63,905 bases of DNA, filler included, from 8 parts of 8 records of this genome joined end to end with filler, not necessarily neighbours in it; one strand, 5' to 3'. Counted from the whole stretch's first letter, positions 41,424 through 51,451 are shown. The notes: generated from the sequence alone by a model not told the origin. Program-made: numbers and translations.

Positions 41424-41542
41424 GCCGCTGATCTTCGCTGATGGACGCTGATTTAAAATCCCTAAAACCTCGAAGTTCTATTTCAAATGGCCTTCAGGCT
41501 ATACATTAGTCTAATCATGCCTTTTCAGCGTTAATCTGCGGC
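41424..41542. repeat. 10-nt-periodic inverted-repeat unit C
   Basis: GCCGCTGATC-TTCGCTGATG-GACGCTGATT ... TAATCATGCC-TTTTCAGCGT-TAATCTGCGG-C. Confidence 0.85.
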
Positions 41543-41585
41543 CATTAATATTTTTGCCTTTCCCTTCAGCCTATTTACCTTCTAT

Positions 41586-42710
41586 CTATTTGCTTTCTAT
41601 TTTTTTCAAAAGGCTTTTTGCTTCTTCTTTTTCAGGAAAGTCCTTGGCTGCAAGTGCTTTTTTTAAATACTCAACCGCCCTATCCTTCTCGCCGGCATCC
41701 AAAGCAGTCAAGGCTATATGGTATTCGATGGATGGAGAACCGGGCAGCAGAGTATTGGCTTTTTCCAAAAGAGTAGATGCTTCCTTGCTTTTCCCTTGCT
41801 TCAAAAGAACAAACCCCAGCGTATCCAGAACGTATGGATTTCCCGGCTCATTGCGGTAAGCTCTCATGGCCAAGTCAACAGCTTTCTCAAGTTCTCCGTA
41901 ATTCACCGCGTAAAGATAGGCCAGGTTGTTCAGAGTCGGGGTATGATTCCTGTTCTTTTTGAGAACCTCTTCATAATACTCCAAGGCTCTTTTTTTCTTG
42001 CCAATGCCATCATATATCGAACCGATGGCGTACATTGCGGGGTAAAAATCCGGGTTCTTGCCCAAAAGCTGTTGATAAATGTCCAAAGCCGAGTCCGGCT
42101 TATGAAGTTTCGCATAAATGGAGCCTATACCCATCAACAGGCTAGGATTTTCCTGGTTGCTTTTCAGACCTTCTTCCAAGGTTTTTAACGCAGCCTCAAA
42201 ATTCTTTTGCTGTTCATATATCGCTGCCGAAAGTAAAAATCCGTAAGGAGAATCAGGGGCAGATTTAATCACGCTTGCTGCCAGGTCTTCCGCCTTTTTG
42301 GTCTTCCCCTGAAGTTGGTAGATTTTTATCAGTGAGGGATATCCTTTGCCGGGGCTGACAGATTCCAGCGTCTTAAAAGCTGTTTCCGCTCCTTTAAAAT
42401 CTTTCTTCTTTGCAAGCATCTGACCCTGCAGATTCAGGAAGGTAACATTTTGTGGCTCCAGTCGCAGCCCTTCATCCAAAACCTTTAAAGCTTCATCAGG
42501 TTGCCCTCTTTTATTGTAATAACTTATCAAAGCAATAAACCCGAAGGCGTTGTTGGTCTCTTTCGCTCTTAGCAGATAAGCCAATACCTCTTCATCTTTC
42601 TGCTGCATTTCACTGGTGGTAGCCATCCCCATTAATGCTCTTAAATTCGCAGGGTCCTTTTCCAAAACCGCCAGGTATTGTTCCCGAGCTTTTTCCAAAT
42701 CCCCCTTTTT
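41586..42710 (-). CDS. PrsT-like TPR protein (PEP-CTERM system), 3' part
   Basis: Tandem TPRs; LNNLAYLY, VLDTLGFVL, IEYHIAL, FPEKEEAKSLL tail; upstream of the sugar transferase. Confidence 0.8.
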   Translation of the reverse strand, partial: KKGDLEKAREQYLAVLEKDPANLRALMGMATTSEMQQKDEEVLAYLLRAKETNNAFGFIALISYYNKRGQPDEALKVLDEGLRLEPQNVTFLNLQGQMLAKKKDFKGAETAFKTLESVSPGKGYPSLIKIYQLQGKTKKAEDLAASVIKSAPDSPYGFLLSAAIYEQQKNFEAALKTLEEGLKSNQENPSLLMGIGSIYAKLHKPDSALDIYQQLLGKNPDFYPAMYAIGSIYDGIGKKKRALEYYEEVLKKNRNHTPTLNNLAYLYAVNYGELEKAVDLAMRAYRNEPGNPYVLDTLGFVLLKQGKSKEASTLLEKANTLLPGSPSIEYHIALTALDAGEKDRAVEYLKKALAAKDFPEKEEAKSLLKKIESK

Positions 42711-42810
42711 NNNNNNNNNNNNNNNNNNNNNNNNNNNNNNNNNNNNNNNNNNNNTTAATTAATTAANNNNNNNNNNNNNNNNNNNNNNNNNNNNNNNNNN
42801 NNNNNNNNNN
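42711..42810. other. Artificial contig linker
   Basis: N-run, TTAATTAATTAA, N-run. Confidence 0.99.
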
Positions 42811-43694
42811 CGAAGGTGCCACCGGGCATGGCGTCTTTTCTCAAGCAGAACAATTGGACTGGCAGCAGAACGTAATAGTTCCGCTTCAGAGTCATTCATC
42901 ATACACAATTTATTAGCTGTATTCAGATCTTTAACCATAATGGCAAAGGGTTTTTCCCAGCGGTTTTTCCTTTGCCGCAATCGCTCCACAGCTTCATTAT
43001 TGGTCGCATCTACAGCTAATTGGAATCCACCAAGTGATTTTATGGCTACAATAAGCCCCTGTTTTAATAATTGGCTTGTGGATAAAATAACATCGGACTT
43101 TTTAATGCTTGATCCGGTGGAGTCATAAAGCTCCAGGTGAGGACCACAAGCAGGGCAGGCATTTGGTTGAGCATGGAATCGTCTCTCTAACGGATTATCA
43201 TACTCTTTTTGGCAGTCAGAGCACATTATAAAAGACTTCATCGACGTGTGCCGACGATCATAAGGCAGTTGAGATGTGATTGTGAAACGAGGCCCGCAGT
43301 GGGTGCAATTTGTGAATGGATAGTTGTATCTTTTATCTCCGGAATCATGTAGTTCCTGTCGGCAATTTTCACAGATAGACAAATCAGGGGGGATAGATGC
43401 CTCAATATCTGAACTGGAAAGGCTTGCACGGATTTGAAAGTCAGAGAATCCTACCGGCTCCATATCCTGTTCTTCTGTGCGATGAATCTTTGAGAACGGA
43501 GGTGCTAAATGATAGAGATCATGCAGAAACGATAAAAGTTGTCCATTATGACATTCAACGTGAATGATAACTTCTGAAGCCTGGTTAGCGACATAACCTT
43601 TCAAATCGTATTTTTGAGCCAGGCGATAGACGAATGGTCTAAAGCCGACACCCTGAACAATCCCGGATAATGTTATTTTTTTATGATGAACCAT
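42811..43694 (-). CDS. hypF: [NiFe]-hydrogenase carbamoyltransferase HypF, 5' part
   Basis: GIVQGVGFRPFVYRLA, CENC, NCTHCGPRF, RRFHAQPNACPACGP, KSLGGFQL. Confidence 0.93.
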
Positions 43695-44340
43695 TCTTTT
43701 TCGATTCAAGTAAAAATGTGATCCATTTATCAATCCCATCACCATTAGCGCAGGAAGTATTAAATATAGTTATATTTTTATTTAGGGTTTTTAATTCATC
43801 TATTACTTTAGATTTATTATAAGGTTGCATATGAAGAAAATCCATTTTATTCATAATCACGCATTGCGCTTTTTGAAATGTAGCAGGATATTTTTCAACC
43901 TTGTCATCACCCTCTGTTACACTCAGCACGATGGCTCGAATATTTTCACCTAAAGGATAACTTGCAGGACAAACCAGATTGCCCACGTTTTCTATGAACA
44001 AAAAATCGATTTCTGAAAGGTCGAAATCTTTAACCGCCTTTGCAATAATCTGTGCCTCCAAATGACAAGCACCACCTGTTGTCAATTGTGCGCAAGGGAT
44101 ATTGAATTTACTGACACGCTCCGCATCCCGTGTTGTGGCGATATCACCAACAAGAACGGCAGGCTTTTTTCCAATTTTTTGTAAAGCGGGAATCGTCTTT
44201 TCAAGAATGGACGTTTTACCAGCGCCGGGAGAACCCATCAAACCAACGACAAAGACATTGAATTTTTTAAAAAGTTTTTGATTTTCAGTTGCCAGGTGGT
44301 GTTGAGCCTTTAATACACCTTCATAAATGGGAATCTGCAA
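43681..44340 (-). CDS. hypB: Hydrogenase nickel incorporation GTPase HypB
   Basis: GSPGAGKT, GGACHLEA, ENVGNLVCPA, EGDDKVEKYP, NKMD. Confidence 0.93.
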   Translation of the reverse strand: MQIPIYEGVLKAQHHLATENQKLFKKFNVFVVGLMGSPGAGKTSILEKTIPALQKIGKKPAVLVGDIATTRDAERVSKFNIPCAQLTTGGACHLEAQIIAKAVKDFDLSEIDFLFIENVGNLVCPASYPLGENIRAIVLSVTEGDDKVEKYPATFQKAQCVIMNKMDFLHMQPYNKSKVIDELKTLNKNITIFNTSCANGDGIDKWITFLLESKKNGSS

Positions 44341-44682
44341 CTTCTACCTCCATATTTTCGATAAAGAGATCGTCTTGCGGATCAATTTGAACTTTGGTAC
44401 TACCACAATTGGGACACTTTAACAGGATCTGATTGGTATCCAGGGTATAAGGACCACATTTATGACAAACAGCGGAAAAAGGAGTCACATGTATACTAAA
44501 TTGAGCGTTTTCAGCAATGGTATTTTCAGAACGCATATCAAAAGCGGATCGCAATAATTCCGCATCCACTCCTGCCAGACAGCCAACACGGATATGAATA
44601 GAAATGATACGCTGTGCGCTGAACTCGGCTGCTTTTTTAGAAGGATATCAAATAAACTTTGCATGATTGAGAATTCATGCAC
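44321..44682 (-). CDS. hypA: Hydrogenase maturation factor HypA, frameshifted at T6 44633-44638
   Basis: MHEFSI start; one extra A gives KKAAEFSAQRIISIHIRVGCLAGVDAELL; CHKC...CPNC. Confidence 0.88.
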
Positions 44683-44744
44683 AACTTAATCCTTTTTTAA
44701 CATGAGTAAATGCAATATTACCTTAAAAACACATATAATGAGGA

Positions 44745-46231
44745 TTAAAATCCACCAATTGGTAAAAAAACACGAAATGTTGATCCATTCCCATGTTCAC
44801 TTTCAACTTCAATATAGCCATGATGGCGTTCAGCAATTTTTTTCGCAATAGAAAGGCCAAGACCTGTACCCGGAATTTTACGAGTTACGATATTTTCAGC
44901 CCGGTAAAACTCTTCAAATATTTTTTTATGATCTTTTTTAGCAATGCCAATACCCGAATCCTTCACCGTGATTACCAGGAAATGACTTATTTTCTCCAGA
45001 TTGATACAAATAGAGCCTTTTTCGGGTGTATATTTTATCGCATTATTCAACAGATTGCCAACGAGTCTTGACAGTTCTTCTTTATGTCCTCTGATTTCCG
45101 GAAGTGTTTTGGGAACAGTCGTTTGCAGAGAGATCGATTTTGTTTCTGCCTCATCCTTGTAATTGTCCACTGTTTCTGATATGACTTTTGCAATCGAGAC
45201 ATTGACAAATATTTTTCTGGCCTCAATGTGGTCGGTTCTGGATAAAGCCAAAAGATCATTGACAAGCTCAATAAGTTGTGCTGCTTTGTCCCGTGATCTG
45301 GCGATCATTTCACGTTCGCGTTCCGGATCATCCTTTACGTAGCCTTCCAATATCAGGTTCAGATACCCCTGAATCGCTCCAAACGGGGCTTTCAGTTCGT
45401 GCGCGACTAGCCTAACAAAATCAGACTTTGATTTTTCCAGTTTTTTTTCTTCTGTTACATCAGATAAAACAGTAACAGTCCCAAGGCACTGATTCTTTTC
45501 ATCGATGATGGGCATGATATGGGATTGCAGAATTCTTTCATCTTTTGTTTTGAATTCAAGTCTTGTTAATTGTGATGATTTTGTAACTTTTTCAAGCGTT
45601 TCCTTGATATGCTGCTCTAATTCGGGATTTGCTAAGAGCCCGTCAATGGTTTCGCCAATGATAATCGGTTTTGTTAACCGAATCATTTTGGTAGCAGCCT
45701 GATTCATTAAGACGATTTGTCCTAATCTGTTTGTTGCGATCAGACCCTCACTCATACAATTGAGAATGGTCAGCGTCCTGCTTTTTTCTTTGGAAATTTC
45801 CAACAGATTTCGATCTCTTTCTTCACGTAGCTGTCGTGCTTCTAAAATGAGTTTACGTTTTTCCAATCCACGATCGACTTTTGTTCGAAATTCGTCAACA
45901 GAAAAGGCTTGGGCAAATAATCATAAGCTCCTTTTTTAATAGTTTCCACGGCATTTTCAATAGTTGCGTAGCCAGTCATAATAATGGTTACAATGTCAGA
46001 GTCGATTTTTTGAATTTCATCGAGTAATTTCATACCATCAAGTTCCGGCATATAGAGATCGAGTAAAATAAGATCATACGCGTCAGGAGAGAGCTTTTCT
46101 AAAGCTATTCGACCATTTTCGGCCATATCAACGTTTAATTCCAGAGAGGTGAGAATGCGTTCACAGCCAGTACGAATAATCTCCTCATCATCCACGACCA
46201 GAACTCGTGTTTTTGTTTTAATTTTACTCAC
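44745..46231 (-). CDS. REC-PAS-histidine kinase hybrid, frameshifted at A4 45902-45905
   Basis: REC (DLYMPELDG); one extra T gives KPFSVDEFRTKVDRGLEKRK; PAS, AHELKAP, HATPase. Confidence 0.85.
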
Positions 46232-46234
46232 ATT

Positions 46235-46675
46235 TCAGTCCTTTTTCAAACCAATGCCTTTATCTTTCTCCTTTTTTTGTTTTAAATCATGAGCTTTTCC
46301 CAACAATTCTTTGACACTTGCCAGAAGCACATCCGGTGGAATAGGTTTTTCTGCAAATTTTTCCACCGGCAAATAATCGCCATCTGTTTCCGGAGAAAAT
46401 GTAAAATCACTTTTTTCATGGATTGAGGTGATCATCAGGATCGGAATTAACTTTGTTTCCTCATGTTTGCGTACTTTGTACGCAAAATGAAAACCTTCCG
46501 TGCCTGTTGGCATCATGACGTCCAGACATAACATATCTGGTTTCCATGTTATGATTTTTTCCCAGGCCTGCTCCGGACCATTTGCAGCCTGAACTTCATA
46601 GCCATTTTTTTCCAAAATGATACGGTTAATGGCTATAAAATCTTCGTCATCATCAATCAATAATATCTTGGCCAT
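46235..46675 (-). CDS. Stand-alone response regulator receiver
   Basis: ILLIDDD, LDVMMP, EKP. Confidence 0.85.
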   Translation of the reverse strand: MAKILLIDDDEDFIAINRIILEKNGYEVQAANGPEQAWEKIITWKPDMLCLDVMMPTGTEGFHFAYKVRKHEETKLIPILMITSIHEKSDFTFSPETDGDYLPVEKFAEKPIPPDVLLASVKELLGKAHDLKQKKEKDKGIGLKKD

Positions 46676-46730
46676 ATTCCATTTTCCTTTTAAATAGTCC
46701 TAATTTGCGGTGCACAAACAGTGCTCCAGT

Positions 46731-48806
46731 CTATTTTGAGGTTTGTAGTTCTATATCTTGAAACATACCAGAGTTATCCTTTTCATCATTTAATTTTTTA
46801 TAAAGATCAGCTGTAGGGAGTTTTATTATAAAAGTAGTTCCCTTATTTTCAATAGTCTCTACTAATATATCCCCTTTATGCTTTTTAATAATACCATGTG
46901 CAATAGCCAAACCCAATCCGGTGCCTTTACCTTGTTCTTTTGTTGTAAAAAATGGATCAAAAATTTTATGTAGAACATTCTCCTTAATCCCGGGGCCGTT
47001 ATCCTGAATAGAAGCTGTTACATAATCCGGCTCATCAGCCATCTGAGTAGTTATGGTTAATTTTCCACACCCTTCCATTGCTTCAATTGCATTCAAAATG
47101 ATATTAAGAAATACTTGTTGAATTTGACCAACGTCACTGAATACAGTGGGCAATAAAGGATAAAGATTCTTTTCCACTTTAATGTTTTGGAATTTTGCCT
47201 GGTGTTTTAAAAGAGATAAGGTACATTCTAAAATTTTATTCAAATCTGTAACAGCGGCAATTATTTTAGCCTGGCGTGAAAATTCCAGTAAACCTTTTAC
47301 TATTTCCCGGGAACGTTCGGTTTCATTCAGAACTCTTTTCAAATCATTGTAAGTTTCACTATCTCTGTTTTCTTTTTCAAGAAGCATACTTACAAATAAT
47401 AGAATACCTCCCAGAGGATTATTAAGCTCATGCGCTACACCAGCAGCCAATTGTCCCACAGAAGCCAGTTTTTCTGATTGAATGAGTTGGTTTTGTGTTT
47501 TTCGTAGTCTTTCCAGTAAAGATCTCAGTTCTGTGTTTGATTCTGTAAGTTCGTCTTGTATTTTTTCCAATTTTGATAGCATGTATGGTAAACACATTTG
47601 GGATTCAGCCAATCCCTGATAGACAGCAATAGCCTTTTCCTTGCATGTCAGGTATCCACAAGCGCCGCAATTAAGTTCATCCTCTTTGGTGTATTTACCT
47701 GTTTGTTGTAAAATGTTTTGAATAACATCTTCCGATGGAATAGGTAACTTCAGGGTTCGATTTGTAAAGCTTCGTTTCATTGAGACATCTTTATATAGAC
47801 GTCGGTCTTTTGCGGCCAGAGCCTGGTTTTTATCATCCATCTGCGATTTGAGATAGTTTACAACCTTGTCTTTTCTAACAAATACAGACAGGTTATTGGT
47901 CATTTGTGGTCCATTAATACACCCCTTGCAGAACAAAACATCCAAAAATGTGGCTTCAATCTCACCTTCGCTGGCTTTTTGTAGCACATCAACAGCCCGA
48001 TCGATGCCTTCAGTGACGATGATATCATTTTCCAGAATATCTCCCTGCATAGCTGCTGTTTTTAACAATCCACCGGAAACGGCAAAAATTCGACCTATGG
48101 ATGGATGTGGACCTTCTGGCTCACTATTCTCTAATTCGGAAAGTTCGATTTCATTTTTGGAAAAAAGTGTTTGTAATTCATCAAATGTTAAAACCTCATC
48201 AACCACCTCAATTATCTTGGGATCTTCTATCTCGTGCTTTTTAGCAATACAGGGTCCGATAAACACAATTTTTGCATCTGGCCGGTATTTTTGTTTTATG
48301 ATTCGTCCCAATGCAATCATGGGTGAGACAATCGGAGCCAGTAACAATAATAATTCCGGATGATATTTTTCAATATAGTTCACAACAGCAGGACATGGTG
48401 AGGTAATAATTAGCGGCATAGCCTCATTTTGAGTCAATGCAGTATAAGCTTGTCCTACCATGTCGGCACCAAACGCAACTTCATGAACTTCATCAAATCC
48501 TAATTTTTTAAGTCCTGTTACAATTTGAAGTGGTTTTATGCCATCAAATGCTGCAGGAAAGGAGGGAGCTAAAATAGCGATTACAAAATGGTCGCTGTCT
48601 AATAGCTCGAGAGTGTGCTCAGTGCCATCCTTTATTTTTTTAGCATTTTGTGAGCAAACCTTAATACAATTACCACAAGCAATGCACCTTTCAGCAATCA
48701 CCATTGCCTGTCCGTTTTCAACCCGAATAGCATTTACAGGACAGTTTCTAATGCAAGAGTAACATTGTTTGCATTTTGTTTCAATGGTTGTAACGATTGC
48801 CGTCAT
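46731..48806 (-). CDS. [FeFe]-hydrogenase-like (group C, sensory) Fe-S histidine kinase
   Basis: Two CxxCxxCxxxC ferredoxin motifs; H-cluster-like TSPCPAV, GPCIAKKHE, FCKGCING; LNCGACGY..C...MCLPY; AHELNNPL; HATPase. Confidence 0.88.
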   Translation of the reverse strand: MTAIVTTIETKCKQCYSCIRNCPVNAIRVENGQAMVIAERCIACGNCIKVCSQNAKKIKDGTEHTLELLDSDHFVIAILAPSFPAAFDGIKPLQIVTGLKKLGFDEVHEVAFGADMVGQAYTALTQNEAMPLIITSPCPAVVNYIEKYHPELLLLLAPIVSPMIALGRIIKQKYRPDAKIVFIGPCIAKKHEIEDPKIIEVVDEVLTFDELQTLFSKNEIELSELENSEPEGPHPSIGRIFAVSGGLLKTAAMQGDILENDIIVTEGIDRAVDVLQKASEGEIEATFLDVLFCKGCINGPQMTNNLSVFVRKDKVVNYLKSQMDDKNQALAAKDRRLYKDVSMKRSFTNRTLKLPIPSEDVIQNILQQTGKYTKEDELNCGACGYLTCKEKAIAVYQGLAESQMCLPYMLSKLEKIQDELTESNTELRSLLERLRKTQNQLIQSEKLASVGQLAAGVAHELNNPLGGILLFVSMLLEKENRDSETYNDLKRVLNETERSREIVKGLLEFSRQAKIIAAVTDLNKILECTLSLLKHQAKFQNIKVEKNLYPLLPTVFSDVGQIQQVFLNIILNAIEAMEGCGKLTITTQMADEPDYVTASIQDNGPGIKENVLHKIFDPFFTTKEQGKGTGLGLAIAHGIIKKHKGDILVETIENKGTTFIIKLPTADLYKKLNDEKDNSGMFQDIELQTSK

Positions 48807-48815
48807 AAAACACCG

Positions 48816-49304
48816 TTATTTTAATAGAATATAGATAAAAATAAATAAAATAATAAAACTAACCAAAACGCTAATAGCAATATGTAAAATATGCTTACGT
48901 TCCTTTTGCAGTCTAATATTTTCCTGTTTTAAGTTTTGATTCTCAATGACATGATGTAATACATTCGATAGTTTTTCAGGAGGGAAGGGTTTGGTAATAA
49001 AGTCATATGCGCCTTCTTTCATCGACTGTACAGCATTATCCACTGTTCCGAATGCCGTCATCATGAGAACAGGTATGTCCGGATTAATTGCTTTTATTTT
49101 TTTTAGTAATGTTACACCATCCATTCCAGGCATTTTGATATCTATAACAGCAACCTGAGGTTGATTTTCAGCAATAATCTTGAGGGCCTGCATGCCATTA
49201 TCGACTGTTTGCACACGAAAATTATCTGATTCCAACCACTCGGAAAGAGAATCGCGAATGATTGGCTCATCATCAACAATCAGGATATATTCATGAGATT
49301 CCAC
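48816..49304 (-). CDS. Receiver domain with C-terminal TM anchor
   Basis: IVDDE, DIKMPGMDG, KPF, then ILHIAISVLVSFIILFIFIYILLK. Confidence 0.8.
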   Translation of the reverse strand: MESHEYILIVDDEPIIRDSLSEWLESDNFRVQTVDNGMQALKIIAENQPQVAVIDIKMPGMDGVTLLKKIKAINPDIPVLMMTAFGTVDNAVQSMKEGAYDFITKPFPPEKLSNVLHHVIENQNLKQENIRLQKERKHILHIAISVLVSFIILFIFIYILLK

Positions 49305-49324
49305 TTTTGTTTCATCCTTTCATA

Positions 49325-50446
49325 CTAGTGTCTGCTAACAGGTAATTCGATTCTTACGGTTGTGCCTTTTTGGTATTCCGTATTTAGTTTCAAGCACCCG
49401 GAAAAGGATTCCACAATGCTTTTTGATACAATCAAACCAAGGCCGATTCCCTCACAATCTTCCCAGCCACAATAAAAGGGATTAAAAAGTTTATTCAGTT
49501 CTTCTTTTTTTATCCCACAACCATGGTCTTTTATTTGCAAAAAAGCATACTTTTGATTGTAAATGCCTGTAGATAGTTCAATGTGTCCTTTTGGGGTAGC
49601 ACGAACAGCATTATAAAGTAAATTGTTACAAACCTGAACCAGAGACCATAATCGTCCACACACGAGTGGCAGATTTTTTGCTAAATCGAGAGAAATATGC
49701 GCGCGTACCACCTCCGGTTTTCGTTTTGCCAATAACAGACTGTTTCTAACCACATCATTAAGGGAAATGTCTTTACGCAACGGTTCACAAGTATCGGTCA
49801 CTTTTTCAATATTTTTAGTCAATTTTAATATATTTTTAATTTGATTTGAAATAGGGGAGAAATCATCTTTGATGTCCTGATTAATGATATCGTTTATAGA
49901 GGCTGTGGCAAAGTTTGCAAGTTTTTCCAAATCGATGAGAGAGGCATTTAAATTTGAGGATGTCTGGGCAGCGAATTTGCCTAAATTCATGAGTCTTTCA
50001 GCTCGTTTCAAATAAATATCTGCTGAAGCAAATTGCTCCTTCAATAAGGTTTGAGATCTTTGCAAGTTTTGTAAGGCTAAAACATGATGGATTATGTTTG
50101 TCAATTTTTCCGGAGGAAAAGGTTTAATGACATAATCATACGCCCCTTTACGCATACATTCAACAGCGCTTTCAACAGTAGCATGAGCCGTCATCATGAT
50201 AACTGCGACATCCGAATACTTTTTTATAATTTCTTCCAACAGACTCACACCATCCATGCCTGGCATTCTGATATCAACAACACCAACATTAACAGGATCC
50301 TTTTTAAGGGTATCAAGTGCAGCAAAGCCATCTGCAGCCGTCAAGACAGAGAATCCTTCCAGCTCAAGCCATTCTCTCAGGGATTCTCGAACAATATGCT
50401 CGTCATCGACTAAAAGCACAGTACCTTTAGGTGTTGTTTCTAACAA
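49325..50446 (-). CDS. REC-HATPase hybrid with degenerate H-box
   Basis: REC intact; H-box reads GKFAAQTSSNLNASL (no His); N/G1/F/G2 boxes present. Confidence 0.8.
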   Translation of the reverse strand: MLETTPKGTVLLVDDEHIVRESLREWLELEGFSVLTAADGFAALDTLKKDPVNVGVVDIRMPGMDGVSLLEEIIKKYSDVAVIMMTAHATVESAVECMRKGAYDYVIKPFPPEKLTNIIHHVLALQNLQRSQTLLKEQFASADIYLKRAERLMNLGKFAAQTSSNLNASLIDLEKLANFATASINDIINQDIKDDFSPISNQIKNILKLTKNIEKVTDTCEPLRKDISLNDVVRNSLLLAKRKPEVVRAHISLDLAKNLPLVCGRLWSLVQVCNNLLYNAVRATPKGHIELSTGIYNQKYAFLQIKDHGCGIKKEELNKLFNPFYCGWEDCEGIGLGLIVSKSIVESFSGCLKLNTEYQKGTTVRIELPVSRH

Positions 50447-51285
50447 AAATAGTGTCCTTTCTTAATTTTTTGCTGTATTTAGGTAATTTTATTGTGAATT
50501 CTGTACCCTTGTTTACTTTGCTCTTTACAGTAATGTGTCCACCATGTTTTATGACAATGCTATAAGCTGTTGATAATCCCAGTCCGGTTCCTTTCAAATT
50601 AGATTTGGTTGAGAAAAATGGATCAAAAATTTTTTCCACATTTTCCTGCGGGATTCCACAACCCGTGTCTGAAATGTGAATTTCAATGTATGGATTCTGG
50701 TGTGATCCAGTAGCCCGAACATTAATGTTGCCGCCCTGAGGCATAGCTTGTGCAGCATTAATCAAAAGGTTTAATAGAACCTGTTGAATTTGCTTAAAAT
50801 CAGCAGTTACATAAAGGTGATCCCCTTCATATTGTTCATTTATGTGAATATTTTGCAATGATATTTGGTGGCCAATCAGGAATAGTGTTTTTTTAATAAT
50901 TTCAATTACCGACACTTTTGCCATAACAGGTTCAGATGGTCTGGCAAATTCCAGTAGACTTTTAACAATCTCTGAAACACGGGTTGTTTCCGATTCCATA
51001 GTATCTAAATATGTGTAAAATTTTTCCAAAATTTCTTTTGAAAAATGGTTCATCTGCATTCTTTTTTGCATCAATTTAATATAAGTTAATACGCCTGCCA
51101 GGGGATTATTAATTTCATGTGCAACTCCGGCGGCCAATTCTCCCATTGAGGCCAGTCTCTCAGATTTTAGCAACTGTTCATGCGTTTCCTGCATATCTTT
51201 ATTCATTGTTTCCAGGCGTTCTATCAGATAAGGTAGACACATTTCAGCTTCAGCCAAGCCCTGGTAAACGGCTATTGCTTTTTCC
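50427..51285 (-). CDS. Second Fe-S sensor histidine kinase, 3' part
   Basis: EKAIAVYQGLAEAEMCLPY is paralogous to 46731-48806; AHEINNPL; HATPase. Confidence 0.82.
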
Positions 51286-51385
51286 NNNNNNNNNNNNNNN
51301 NNNNNNNNNNNNNNNNNNNNNNNNNNNNNTTAATTAATTAANNNNNNNNNNNNNNNNNNNNNNNNNNNNNNNNNNNNNNNNNNNN
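51286..51385. other. Artificial contig linker
   Basis: N-run, TTAATTAATTAA, N-run. Confidence 0.99.
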
Positions 51386-51451
51386 CGGCCGAGCTTTGCT
51401 CCGGGGAGAGTCATTCCGTGCATTACCAATAGGTAAAAGGTGAGAGGTTGT

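Noticed and set aside
40661-41542. Repeat array as CRISPR or integron attC array
   Set aside because: Units are paired inverted arms with internal 10-nt periodicity and unequal, partly homologous spacers. There are no cas or integrase genes and no GTTRRRY core pattern was recognised.
46731-48806. Catalytic H2-evolving [FeFe] hydrogenase
   Set aside because: Lacks canonical TSCCP/MPC/EMAC motifs and is fused to a histidine kinase.
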